Positions 1 to 10,600 of a DNA stretch of 55,939 bases are shown here, piece after piece. The notes beneath the pieces were generated by a model that saw nothing but the letters and a program-made list of their open reading frames with translations, ran no database searches and was not told where the DNA came from. Numbering within the stretch: the first letter of the stretch is position 1; every line of letters begins with the position of its first letter. The translations under genes and the position numbers were made by a program. This DNA is from a virus (lineage: Duplodnaviria; Caudoviricetes): positions 1 through 55,939 of the IMG/VR virus record IMGVR_UViG_3300032282_004797. One strand, 5' to 3'.

Positions 1-106
1 CATATTTAGTTAATTTTATTTATTTAATTTTATCTTATTCATAAATATCAGATTTTTTACCAAAAAACCAGAATATCAGTTCATTTTTAAAATTCTTTCT
101 TTATTT

Positions 107-874
107 TTAAATATTTTCTGTTATTGTAAAAGTTCTGCTAATCGCTGGTGTCACAATATAATCGTCTGGATCTGATAAAAATCCTTGTAAATTAAAATTG
201 TACAATTGCACGTAAAACCTTTTATTGTTAAGATCAGTCACTTGACTTTCATCTGAAGAATCTTCTAAAACAATTGGAATGTAATGCCCGTTAACCACCG
301 TATAAGCTTGTCTGCTTTGGAAATTTTTTAAAACGGTTGCGTTAAATTTATTAAGTTCTTGTTGTCTATAAGCAAAAATTCTAACATCATAAGTTATATC
401 AACAGGTATTGGTTGTGGTATTTTATAAACATCGACACCCATTTTATTACCGTCCCAAGTTGGAACTTCCGCATACGTGTAATGTCTACCTGTAGGTATA
501 TTATAAATCAAAGATGGGTTTGTCCCGTATTTTGTATCTGGATTTCTAACAATATTAATAAACGGAATCTTTAAGTTTTTATACTCATCCGAAAATTTCC
601 ATGTTTGTGAAAACTCATTCCATTTTTGTATACCCATCATAAAAACAGGTACTTTTTCACCGTCAAGTGAAATAGCTAGTTCATTAGTAATAAAGTCTTT
701 AAAACCCCTATCTAAATCAACATGCATTACACCTTTTGGTAAATAAGTATCTTTATCGATAATCATATCCTTCATATTTTCAGCCGCACCACTTTGCATT
801 GAGTAAGGATACTCGATGTTAGCACGTTGCTGTGTAAGATTGATCTTCTTTTTAAATGAACCTGGTAAAGCCAT
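107..874 (-). CDS. T4 gp15-like tail terminator / tail completion protein
   Basis: 255 aa. The segment PIPVDITYDVRIFAYRQQELNKF resembles the gp15 PVPY-like motif. Follows a gp14-like gene on the same strand. Confidence 0.55.
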   Translation of the reverse strand: MALPGSFKKKINLTQQRANIEYPYSMQSGAAENMKDMIIDKDTYLPKGVMHVDLDRGFKDFITNELAISLDGEKVPVFMMGIQKWNEFSQTWKFSDEYKNLKIPFINIVRNPDTKYGTNPSLIYNIPTGRHYTYAEVPTWDGNKMGVDVYKIPQPIPVDITYDVRIFAYRQQELNKFNATVLKNFQSRQAYTVVNGHYIPIVLEDSSDESQVTDLNNKRFYVQLYNFNLQGFLSDPDDYIVTPAISRTFTITENI

Positions 875-879
875 GATTA

Positions 880-1401
880 TTATACTCCTTTAAATATGTT
901 AGGATCCACGTTTGTACATTTTATTCTTCTAAAATAACCAGAGTAACCAAATTGGGTACTTGGGTTATCAGTATTTACGGTGTCATCATCAAAAACTGTG
1001 AAATATTTGAGATTGCTTTGTTTGTCTGAATAACCAACAATATCACCATAACTTATTTCAGTGTTTTTTTCATCCAGTTGCTTTTGTAAAACTGTAAATT
1101 CAAGATTTCCATAATCTTGGTACCTTAAATTACCGTTTGGTGAATATGATTTATTCTCACCGTTTTCAAGATTAAGTATAACCTTTAACTCAACAGGTGC
1201 TAAAAATCTGATATCATTTACATTACTTTCACCGTAAACATCATCCATTTGCGTGTTAACTCTGTCAACTCTAAACAAAACAACAGTAAAATTCATATCC
1301 CCCTCGATTAGTTCTGTTGCCATATCAAGCTCAAGTTGAAAATCTTCTTCGTCATAAAACCTATTCAACCTTGTATTTGGTATTCTAGTTTTTCTTTCCA
1401 T
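880..1401 (-). CDS. T4 gp14-like neck (head closure) protein
   Basis: DDVYGES and ISYGDIV segments are typical of gp14-like neck proteins. Start moved to the second Met (1401) because the TATTTAT motif abuts the ATG at 1413. Confidence 0.5.
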   Translation of the reverse strand: MERKTRIPNTRLNRFYDEEDFQLELDMATELIEGDMNFTVVLFRVDRVNTQMDDVYGESNVNDIRFLAPVELKVILNLENGENKSYSPNGNLRYQDYGNLEFTVLQKQLDEKNTEISYGDIVGYSDKQSNLKYFTVFDDDTVNTDNPSTQFGYSGYFRRIKCTNVDPNIFKGV

Positions 1402-1438
1402 TGCTGTTTTCATATAAATAGTTTGATTTATTAATGAA

Positions 1439-1467
1439 TTGACTTTGTCCTAAAAATTTATTATTAT
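1439..1467 (+). promoter_or_regulatory. sigma70-like promoter TTGACT-N17-TATTAT upstream of the helicase
   Basis: TTGACT at 1439-1444 and TATTAT at 1462-1467. Similar TTGTTT-N17-TA(T/C)TAT sites at 39513-39541 and 41699-41727. Confidence 0.45.
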
Positions 1468-1501
1468 TGAGTAATAATAAATTAAGGGAAAACAAACATA
1501 A

Positions 1502-3280
1502 ATGCAATTACCAATAGAAAAGAGAGCCCTGGATATACTAAAAACATATAAAGGTTTAAACGATTATATATTAGGTATACAAAATACTTACTTTACAAGT
1601 AAAAGTTTTATACCCACAAAAAACCAAAGCGACTATATTATTAGAAATGGTAATGTTGATCCAGTTGTTGTTAATAAACTATTTGATATTAGTAAGTCTT
1701 GTAGACCTTTCATTGCTGAACAACTAAAGTTAGATTTTATACCAGAAAAAATATTCATTAATAAATTACTTAGCAGAAAAGAGAATTTTTTACACGTTTA
1801 CGGTTGTTTTGAAGAAGGTTGCGACAAATATTACACTTTTTACATATCAAAAGAATGTGTAAAGGTTAGTCGCCCTGAACCAGAAATCGACCCAACAAAA
1901 TACGAAAGGGACCCAAAACCTCACCAGATAACAGCTATTAAAAAATTATTGACAAACGATAAATTTATCCTGGCAGATGAAATGGGCCTTGGTAAAACCA
2001 CATCCGCTATTATTGCGGCTATGGAAGGTCAATTTAAAAAAATATTAGTTGTTTGCCCAGCATCACTTAAACTTAACTGGAAAATTGAGATTTCAAACTA
2101 CGACTCACCAGATAACATCAGTGTTGTTGATGGTAGTAATCTTACTGTAAAAAAATGGACAATTGTAAATTACGATATTCTTAAGAACTTTCACCATTTA
2201 CCTAGACGTGGTGTTAAAACAGCTGATCTACCTGTATCACCAATTGATTATCATAAGTTTGATTTAATTATTGCTGATGAGGCTCACTATCTTAAAAACG
2301 CTGCGTCAAATAGAACAAAAATCTTTAATGATTTTGCTATGAAAGTACCAGTAAGATGGTTATTAACAGGTACCCCAATCACAAATAAACCAATCGATTT
2401 TTATAATCTTTTGTATTTGTGTGAATCACCTGTGGCATCTAATTGGGTTGGTTATGTTAAAAGATATTGTGCTGGTAGACAATTTAACCGCAAAGGTACC
2501 AAACAAAAGTATTGGGTTTGTTCAGGATCGTCAAATCTAGAAGAATTAAAAGATTTTTCTTCTGATGTTATTTTGAGAAGAACTAAAAACGATTCCATTG
2601 ATTTACCACAAAAGACTATCAAACCTGTATACCTACCATTGGAATTCTCAACCAGCTACAACGCTTATATTGATGAATATGAAGCTTGGATTGAGGAAAT
2701 GGAAGCGGCTGGCGAAAAACCTACTGTAACAGATCATTTAACAAAACTTATCAAGGTTAGACAATTGTTGTCTTACGATAAGATAGCACACACCATTGAA
2801 ATGGCTGAAGAAATGCTTGAGAATGATCAAAAAGTTATCATCTTTAGTTGTTTTACAAATACAATTAAGGAATTGCAAGCTCATTTCGGTAAAAAATCGG
2901 TAATGATTGATGGTTCTGTTTCAAAAGAAAAAAGACAACAGGCTGTTGAATCATTTCAAAACGATGATAAGGTTAAAGTTTTTTTAGGTAATATTGTCGC
3001 TGCTGGGGTTGGTTTGACACTTACTGAAAGTAGTGTTGTAATATTCAATGATTTGGATTGGACACCAGCTAACCACATGCAAGCTGAAGATAGAGCCCAT
3101 AGAATTGGCCAACAAAACCAAGTTCACATTATCTACCCATTGTTTGCGGATACTTTAGACATGATTATGTATAAAGCGCTTCAAAGTAAGATGAAGATAA
3201 TCAGTACTATTATGGGAGATAACCCTTCAGAAGAACAAATTTCTGTTGGTAAAGAGGTTATTATGCACCTTAGACGTTAA
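1502..3280 (+). CDS. SNF2-family (SMARCAL1/HARP-like) helicase/ATPase
   Basis: LADEMGLGKT (motif I), DEAH (II), LTGTP (III), QAEDRAHRIGQ (VI). Confidence 0.92.
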   Translation: MQLPIEKRALDILKTYKGLNDYILGIQNTYFTSKSFIPTKNQSDYIIRNGNVDPVVVNKLFDISKSCRPFIAEQLKLDFIPEKIFINKLLSRKENFLHVYGCFEEGCDKYYTFYISKECVKVSRPEPEIDPTKYERDPKPHQITAIKKLLTNDKFILADEMGLGKTTSAIIAAMEGQFKKILVVCPASLKLNWKIEISNYDSPDNISVVDGSNLTVKKWTIVNYDILKNFHHLPRRGVKTADLPVSPIDYHKFDLIIADEAHYLKNAASNRTKIFNDFAMKVPVRWLLTGTPITNKPIDFYNLLYLCESPVASNWVGYVKRYCAGRQFNRKGTKQKYWVCSGSSNLEELKDFSSDVILRRTKNDSIDLPQKTIKPVYLPLEFSTSYNAYIDEYEAWIEEMEAAGEKPTVTDHLTKLIKVRQLLSYDKIAHTIEMAEEMLENDQKVIIFSCFTNTIKELQAHFGKKSVMIDGSVSKEKRQQAVESFQNDDKVKVFLGNIVAAGVGLTLTESSVVIFNDLDWTPANHMQAEDRAHRIGQQNQVHIIYPLFADTLDMIMYKALQSKMKIISTIMGDNPSEEQISVGKEVIMHLRR

Positions 3281-4452
3281 TGTTGTAGTAAGTAACTACC
3301 TTTAACATCTTTTCTTTGTGCTCCGATGTCACTGTCACCAGTAGGTAATACAATAACATTGTATTTTAAAGGTTCACCCTGTGTCGCTGGTAATTCATCA
3401 GTATAAACAATTGATTCGTATGGTATGTTATATTTAATACTAACACGATTTTTTAGCGTTTCTTTAGCCTCATTATCGATAAAGGTTGCCTTTTCTTTTT
3501 CATCCTTAACATAATGAGGGCCTTCTTTTTTAAAGATATCTTTAAATAACTCTTTTGGTACTATCTTAGAAATTTTGGCTGTGTCTGTATTAACTTTAGC
3601 TGTTTCTTTTTTATTCGCATCATCCGAAAAATTCATAACAAAGTTTGGATCCGCTATGTTAGCTATATCACCCATCTTTGTATATGCATAAGACTCAACG
3701 TTATAACCAGCTTTAAGTAATTGGTTTGTAACACTAATTGCGATGTCATAATATTTTTTAGCGAAAAAATCACCAGCATCATTCCATCTTAAAATCATTT
3801 TAATTTCAACCTTTTCTTTGTTTGATTGTCTTTTCAAACTGTATGCTAACGGATCTAATTCATCCATTATGATGTTTTCATACATTTCAGGATCGTTTAA
3901 TAATAAATTAAGTCTTTGGGTGTATTTTAGGTTCTTACCATCATTCATGATATAAAAACCTTTTCTAGCGTAACAGTCAATCGCACACGTGCCAGCACCA
4001 GGGCAAGTATTAATTGTATAAAATTTACCTTGCTCTTTATCATAAAGAATACTTCTTAATGCTGGTATACCTGTATTAACGGTATATTGCAAACCACCCC
4101 TGTCACTTTTTTCCATTTTAGGGTTTCTATCAAATATTTGTTTTGGTAACGCTGTAATTTGTCTAATAAAATGGTCAATGTCAATTTCACCTTCACTATC
4201 CGTTGGTATATTTTTACCACTTATGATTGGTTCATTTGCACTTATCTTCTCTCTATCTTTTGATGGTTTACCTAATCTATCTAACTGTGAGTTTAACATA
4301 CTAACAACAGATTCTGGGGATAAGCAGCTTTTTTTAACATCACTGAAATCCTTTTCCCAATCAACCTCAGATATATTTGTAGACTCATTTAAACGAAAAG
4401 CAAATAATTCTTTTGTTCTGAGTATTGCGTTATTAAATTTGTTATTAGCCAT
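3277..4452 (-). CDS. Gp88-like protein (Cys-cluster, radical-SAM-like)
   Basis: TCPGAGTCAIDCYARKG and RWNDAGDF, YAYTK match the phage gene-product-88 family pattern. True start is probably MANNKF at 4452, because the longer track ORF overlaps the divergent gene. Confidence 0.7.
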   Translation of the reverse strand: MANNKFNNAILRTKELFAFRLNESTNISEVDWEKDFSDVKKSCLSPESVVSMLNSQLDRLGKPSKDREKISANEPIISGKNIPTDSEGEIDIDHFIRQITALPKQIFDRNPKMEKSDRGGLQYTVNTGIPALRSILYDKEQGKFYTINTCPGAGTCAIDCYARKGFYIMNDGKNLKYTQRLNLLLNDPEMYENIIMDELDPLAYSLKRQSNKEKVEIKMILRWNDAGDFFAKKYYDIAISVTNQLLKAGYNVESYAYTKMGDIANIADPNFVMNFSDDANKKETAKVNTDTAKISKIVPKELFKDIFKKEGPHYVKDEKEKATFIDNEAKETLKNRVSIKYNIPYESIVYTDELPATQGEPLKYNVIVLPTGDSDIGAQRKDVKGSYLLQH

Positions 4453-4472
4453 AATATTCCCGTATTTAAAAG

Positions 4473-4487
4473 TATTTATTATAAATA
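4473..4487. promoter_or_regulatory. Inverted pair of TATTTAT motifs serving divergent genes
   Basis: TATTTAT-T-ATAAATA, a perfect 7-bp inverted repeat in the 43-bp gap between ATGs at 4452 (-) and 4496 (+). Confidence 0.6.
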
Positions 4488-4495
4488 TTAAGCAA

Positions 4496-5587
4496 ATGAG
4501 AATAAATCCAACCGAAAAGCAAAAAATATACAAACAAGCCAAACACAGGCTTGGTGCTCCTATTAGAAAGATTCAATTAGAGGATGAACAAATGGACTCA
4601 CTTCTTGAAATCGCTACGGAAGACTATGTTGAGTTTATAAATAACTGGTTAATTGAACACCAATGGCCTAGTTTGATTGGTCTAAGTATTAGTGAGGCTG
4701 ATTTGACAAGAGCTTTTATTTATAGAACTTTTGATTTGGTTACCCAATATACTTACTCCTACTCAAAAATTGTTGGTTTAGGTGCTGGTGAAGGTGGTTA
4801 TGTGCTTAAAAAAGATTACGTTGAATTAGTTAAAGGTCAACAAATGTATGAGATTCCAGCAAACAGAGAGATAAATGAGGTATTGTGGTTTACGCCAGCA
4901 TCTTTGGACCAATCTGTTATTGACCCATTCTTGGGTGTTTGGAACAATCAGTTTGGTGCCGAATACATGGGATTAGGTAGTTACTATATTCTTCCAGCTT
5001 TTGATATTTTAATGAGAACAACTGATAGAAACCTTAAAAACAGAATGATCCGTTCAGAATTGATTTATAAAATCACAAATGCACCAGATGGTAAAAAATA
5101 TCTTCATCTAATGAACACACCTGGTGGTAAGTTTGATTTCAGGGGTTCAATGCTTGACCAAGGTAAATGTTGGTATTGGTACTACGACATCAACCCATTA
5201 ATTAAAGATGATTGTTTAGCAAAAAACAAAGACATTATTAAATCTCCAATGGACGTTCCTTTAGATGACATTACGTTTGATGACTTAAATGACCCTGCTA
5301 AAGTTTGGATCAGAAGATATTTTATTGCTTTATGTAAAGAAACTTTAGGTAGAGTAAGGGGTACTTTTGGTGGTAAAATACCAGTTCCAGATGCAAATAT
5401 GGAAATTGAATACCAATCTCTTTTATCCGAGGGTAAAGATGAAATGGTCACACTTAAAAAAGAATTAGAGGATAGAATGCTTAAACTAAACCCATTGGAA
5501 ATTCTTAAAAGAATGTCTTCTGAGGCTGAAGAAATTAACAAAGCTCTTAAATTTAGAGCATTCCAAAAACCAATTAAAATTATATAA
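4496..5587 (+). CDS. T4 gp13-like neck/adaptor protein
   Basis: RLGAPIRKIQLEDEQM N-terminus and WIRRYFIALCKETLGRVRGTF C-terminus are typical of gp13-like proteins. Real start MRINP at 4496. Confidence 0.7.
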   Translation: MRINPTEKQKIYKQAKHRLGAPIRKIQLEDEQMDSLLEIATEDYVEFINNWLIEHQWPSLIGLSISEADLTRAFIYRTFDLVTQYTYSYSKIVGLGAGEGGYVLKKDYVELVKGQQMYEIPANREINEVLWFTPASLDQSVIDPFLGVWNNQFGAEYMGLGSYYILPAFDILMRTTDRNLKNRMIRSELIYKITNAPDGKKYLHLMNTPGGKFDFRGSMLDQGKCWYWYYDINPLIKDDCLAKNKDIIKSPMDVPLDDITFDDLNDPAKVWIRRYFIALCKETLGRVRGTFGGKIPVPDANMEIEYQSLLSEGKDEMVTLKKELEDRMLKLNPLEILKRMSSEAEEINKALKFRAFQKPIKII

Positions 5588-7233
5588 TGTTTTATACAGC
5601 CCTGGATAATAGTGATTATTTTGATTTAGTTGTCACAAAAGATTGTCGTGATTTTTATCGTGATTATAATGAATGTAATTTAATAAACATTAACATTACT
5701 GAAGATCTATGTTCAATACCTGGGAGTGTTCAAACAGAAGAAGTTGAATTAAAAAATATCACCCTTACTGGTTACGATAACTTTTTTATATATAATGGTG
5801 AAATATCTAACATTAATAATTTTACTGGTGATACAATAGGATATACGGTTAATCAAGATATTGTTATTGACGTTGATAAAAATTTAACTTATGTGGTTGA
5901 AACTGGGGATACATTTTGTTTTCACGAAATATCTGGTTATAGCGGTAATTATTGTTATGAGATTGACCATTTAAATATTGATAATGGCGTTTACTACAAT
6001 AAATTAAATGGTGGTTTTTACCAAGGTTTCTATAAAATATTTGGGCAAAACGTTGAATGGTTTCCATCTAGAGCTAAAAAGGGTTGGACCGTTGACATGG
6101 TTGTTCATTTTCCTATGGACGTAACAGGGTCAACTGGAACTAGTGGTACATCTGGAACATCTGGTTCTTCAGGGTCTAACGGTTCTTCAGGATCTAATGG
6201 CTCCAATGGTACCTTAGGAACATCTGGTTCTAGTGGATCATCAGGTAGTTGTATAACTTTGAACGAGGTTTACCCAAATAATAGCGGTTTTATTTTTTAT
6301 TTAGGAGCAAGAGCTGAAAATAAATTTGCTGATAAAACTGATATTGAAATACAAAAATTTGAGGATAATTATGAAATCTTACCGTTAAACACACCAAACC
6401 TATTCACATATAATAATTTAATAAGTTTGGACGGTTTAACAAATTATATTGGTTATTTTAATTACTATAACGGTTTAATGTATACTGGTAGAAATTATAC
6501 AGTTGACTCACAACCACTACAATATCATCAAGAATATAGTGATTTAACTTATAATGCGTTTGGTATAAGAGTTACCAATGATGGTAGAATTGGTTATAGA
6601 ACAATATACCCAACTGACATATGCCACACTGGATCGACTCAAGAAGTTAGTGGTATAACAAACAACTCGTTTATAATGGAACCAGATGATCCTTGTGTTA
6701 ATTACACAAGAGCTCTTATCGTAACCAAATATTTTACAATTGAGGAATGTTACACAAAAAACCCAGTTATTAATGTTACTGAAAATAAATTTTTAAATAT
6801 AACTGGTGTTTTTGAAAGAGATTTTGCTTATGGTGATAATTGTCAATTAAAATACGGTGACTATAAAAAAGGTACTTTCTCAATCTATCTAAACGGATTT
6901 CTAGTTTTTAGAAACAAAAAATTTGTTGAAGTTATACCCCATGAATTAGATACTGACGCAAAATACCAAGAAGGTGTTCCGTTTAATATCTCATTTGGTG
7001 GTGGTACTCAAAGTTTAATTGATGCGGTAGTGTTTGATAAAACAAAAGTACTTGGTACCGTTTTAGAGAAATTTTTTGCTGGAACATTTTTAGGTGGTGT
7101 TAAGTCATTTAAAATGTATTGTGTACCTTTGTATACTGTTGAAGTTAAAAAAGAACTTAGAAATATTGCGGGCATGTATAATTTACCAATAATAAAAGGT
7201 GGAAGACAAATATTTATAAAAAATCTATTCTAA
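5587..7233 (+). CDS. Putative virion structural protein with an internal Gly-Ser/Thr repeat
   Basis: 548 aa, beta-rich, translationally coupled to the neck gene. Contains a GTSGSSGSNG tract. Confidence 0.55.
   Translation: MFYTALDNSDYFDLVVTKDCRDFYRDYNECNLININITEDLCSIPGSVQTEEVELKNITLTGYDNFFIYNGEISNINNFTGDTIGYTVNQDIVIDVDKNLTYVVETGDTFCFHEISGYSGNYCYEIDHLNIDNGVYYNKLNGGFYQGFYKIFGQNVEWFPSRAKKGWTVDMVVHFPMDVTGSTGTSGTSGTSGSSGSNGSSGSNGSNGTLGTSGSSGSSGSCITLNEVYPNNSGFIFYLGARAENKFADKTDIEIQKFEDNYEILPLNTPNLFTYNNLISLDGLTNYIGYFNYYNGLMYTGRNYTVDSQPLQYHQEYSDLTYNAFGIRVTNDGRIGYRTIYPTDICHTGSTQEVSGITNNSFIMEPDDPCVNYTRALIVTKYFTIEECYTKNPVINVTENKFLNITGVFERDFAYGDNCQLKYGDYKKGTFSIYLNGFLVFRNKKFVEVIPHELDTDAKYQEGVPFNISFGGGTQSLIDAVVFDKTKVLGTVLEKFFAGTFLGGVKSFKMYCVPLYTVEVKKELRNIAGMYNLPIIKGGRQIFIKNLF
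6124..6249 (+). repeat. Gly-X-Y (S/T/N) coding repeat, ~42 aa
   Basis: TGSTGTSGTSGTSGSSGSNGSSGSNGSNGTLGTSGSSGSSGS. Confidence 0.9.
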
Positions 7234-7634
7234 TGATATTCAGTATAAGACAAAACGCAACATTACCCATTTTGAAAATGAAAGTTTTCAGAGATGGACG
7301 CAACGATTTCAGACGTTTCGAAGAGTTAATTGAAAATTGCGTGGTAACGTTTGCCATGAAAGATGAAAAAACTGGTATATACAAAGTTGCAAATAAAGCT
7401 GCAAATGTTGTACTTGAAAATCCTTGTGACGAAAATGGTTACAAAAACTACATCATAACATACCAATTTACAAAAGACGATACAGACAAACCTGGAGTGT
7501 TTCTTGGTGAGTTTAAATTAACCTTGTTTGATCTAGCTAACCCCACAGAAGTTTATGGTGAATTAATAGCGCCAATCCAAGAGGAATTATACATACACAT
7601 CCTCGATTCATTCGTAAAAACAGATATTATTTAA
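7233..7634 (+). CDS. BppU N-terminal-like baseplate/fibre adaptor protein
   Basis: FSIRQNATLPIL...YQFTKDDTDKPGVFLGEF pattern. TATTTAT at 7211-7217. Confidence 0.5.
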   Translation: MIFSIRQNATLPILKMKVFRDGRNDFRRFEELIENCVVTFAMKDEKTGIYKVANKAANVVLENPCDENGYKNYIITYQFTKDDTDKPGVFLGEFKLTLFDLANPTEVYGELIAPIQEELYIHILDSFVKTDII

Positions 7635-7640
7635 TTTTTT

Positions 7641-7671
7641 TTTGTTTTTTTGGGTTTTATACTTATATTTG
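7641..7671 (+). promoter_or_regulatory. Bacteroidota-type housekeeping promoter (-33 TTTG / -7 TAnnTTTG)
   Basis: TTTG at 7641-7644, 19-nt spacer, TATATTTG at 7664-7671, directly upstream of the DNA polymerase. Confidence 0.7.
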
Positions 7672-7688
7672 TGCCAAAATAATGATTT

Positions 7689-10600
7689 ATGGCCGAATAC
7701 AAAATATCCCTTGAAGAAATAGAAAAGTTTTTAAATGGACACGATGATGAAAAATACATCGTGAATGTTGAGTATGACGCTGAAACAAATTTAATCCATA
7801 AAATTAAACAAGACCCTGAAAAAGGTAGCTGCGTTGAGACAGAACCATTATTGGCTTTTATGTGGATTAAAAACCTTAATAAGGTTAAGGAATTAACCAA
7901 TTTTTACGGTAACAGTGATTCGAAGATTAAATCCGCTAGACAAAGGTTTGGTATTGAAATCAAGTCTTTGGGTGGTGACCACCCTAAATTACTAGAGGGT
8001 TATAGGTATTTAGTTACCTGCAATCAAGGTAATAAAAGAATGTTAGATTTCTTCAGAGAAGGCGGTATCTATGTCTATGATACAAGAAATGATATTAGAT
8101 CACACTTTTTGATGATATCACCTGTTGAACAATATTTTATACACACAGGTAAACGTTTGTTTAAAGGTTTTGAAGAATATGATGATATTCATAAATTTGT
8201 ATTTGACTTAGAGACAACTGGTTTAGATCCAAATATTAATAGGATATTCTTGATCGGTATATATACGAATAAAGGTGCTAAAGAAATTATACCTGTTGAA
8301 GATGATGATGAATCCGAAAGACAAGCAATCACAAAATTCTTTGAGGTTATCAATAAAATTAAACCAACAATCATCGCTGGTTATAATAGCGCTAACTTTG
8401 ACTGGGATTTCTTTTTTGTCCGTTGCCAAAAACTTGGATTAGATATTCAAGACATCGCTATAACACTTAAACCAGGTGAACTTATCCAAAGAAAAGAGAA
8501 AAGTATTCTTAAACTTGGTAATGAAGTAGAGGAATACACCCAAACTAATATGTTTGGTTATAGTATTATTGATATCATTCACTCAGCTAGACGTGCACAA
8601 GCAATTGATTCAAGTATGAAATCGGTTGGTTTAAAGTACGTTTGTAAGTATAATAAGATTGCAAAAAAGAATCGTGTTTACATCGTTGGTGATAAGATTG
8701 GTAACACGTGGTATTCAAAGGATAAGTTCTATTTTGATGACAGAACTGGTGCGTATACAAAAACAAAACCAGCTTTAGAGTTTATGGATTATATCCGTAG
8801 AGAAGATGTCCAAGCTAATCCAGATAAAGTATTTGTTTTTGGTGATAACATGCTTAGACAAGGACTTGGTGGTCAGGCAAAAGAAATGCGTGGCGAACCA
8901 AATGTTATTGGTATTGTAACTAAACATTCACCAGAATCGAATCAAGAGTCTTATTTTAATGACAAAGATTTTGATAATCTTAAAAAATATATTGATGCTG
9001 ATATTAATCAGGTAATTGAAAAGATTAAAGAGGGTAAAACTATTGTGTTCCCTAAAATGGGTATTGGTACAGGTTTGGCTCAATTAGATATGAGAGCACC
9101 AAAAACTTTCAAATATTTAGTGGGTTTATTACGTGCATTACGTGATTATATTAACTCTTTTCAGGAAGTTGATGGTAAATACATTGTCGAGCGTTACTTG
9201 GTTGATGACTTATGGGAAACGATGGAAGTTGATGCCGTTTACAACCAATCATCATTCTTATTAGCTAAATTGGTACCAACAACATACCAAAGGGTTTCAA
9301 CAATGGGTACCGCTGGTTTGTGGAAGTTATTAATGATGGCTTATTCTTTTGAGAATGATTTGGCTATACCAGTATCCGACACAAAAAGAGATTATACAGG
9401 TGGTTTATCAAGATTATTTAAGGTAGGTTATTCAACCACTCTAAGAAAGATGGACTACAACTCACTTTATCCAGCTATTCAGTTGGCTCATGATGTATTC
9501 CCAAGTGTTGATGTTAACGGTGCCATGAAATCGATGTTAAAGTATTTCCACACTGAACGTTTTAACGCTAAGAGATTATCTGACAAGTACAAAAAAGAAG
9601 GTAATTACCAATTAGCTGACAAATATAAACGTAAACAGTTACCACTTAAGATCTTTATTAACTCGATGTTCGGTGCCCTTGGAGCACCAATGGCATTCCA
9701 ATGGGCTGAAATCGATGTCAGTGAACGTATTACATGTACGGCAAGACAATATCTTAGGTTGATGGTTACATTTTTTGTTAAACGTGGTTACACGCCTTTG
9801 GTACTTGATACAGATGGTGTAAACTTTATGGCCCCTAAAAACGGTGAGCACTATACATATATTGGTAAAGGGTTAAACGATGAGGTGGAAGCTGGTAAAG
9901 AATATACAGGTGTTAAAGCTATAGTCGCTGAATTTAACGATACGTACATGCGTGGTGAGATGGGCCTTGGTTTGGATGGTATTTGGCCAGCAACCATAAA
10001 CCTATCAAGAAAAAACTACGCTTTATTAGAGGATGATGGGTCAATCAGCTTAACTGGTAATAGTATTAAATCAAAAGCTATGCCTGTTTATATTGAAGAG
10101 TTTTTGGCTAAAGGTATGAAAATGTTATTGAATGGTTATGGTTATGATTTTGTTCAATATTACTACGAATACGCTGAAAAGGTGTGTAATAAACAAATAC
10201 CGTTGGCTAAGATTGCAACAAAAGCTAGGGTTAAGAAATCAATAAACGGTTACATAAATCGTGGTGGTGACAAAAACGGTAGACAATTAGCTAAACAAGC
10301 ACACATGGAATTGGCTATTAAACATAATCTTGATGTTAATCTTGGTGATACCATTTATTATGTTAATAACGGTAAAACAAAATCACATGGGGATGCCCAA
10401 GAAGATAAAAATGGTGAAATGTACGCAACATTGGTACCAAATGATATCATTGAAAACAAACCAGATTATATTGGTGAATATAATGTACCTAAATATTTGG
10501 AAGCTTTAAATAAAAAAGTTGAACCGTTATTAGTTGCATTTTCTCTTGAGGTTAGAGATAAAATTCTTATTAAAAAATCTGGTGAAAGAACAATGTTCCT

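Noticed and set aside
1-47. Start of a further minus-strand gene (CAT at 1-3, TATTTAT at 41-47), possibly the tail sheath
   Set aside because: The coding sequence lies outside the window, so it cannot be identified.
4178-4542. Apparent long overlap of the two divergent ORFs
   Set aside because: The extensions are antisense read-through. Real starts at 4452 (-) and 4496 (+) leave a 43-bp gap.
8770-9160. Intein or intron as the polymerase insert
   Set aside because: No Cys/Ser start with His-Asn end, no LAGLIDADG or HNH motif, and the frame is uninterrupted. The motifs are macrodomain-like.
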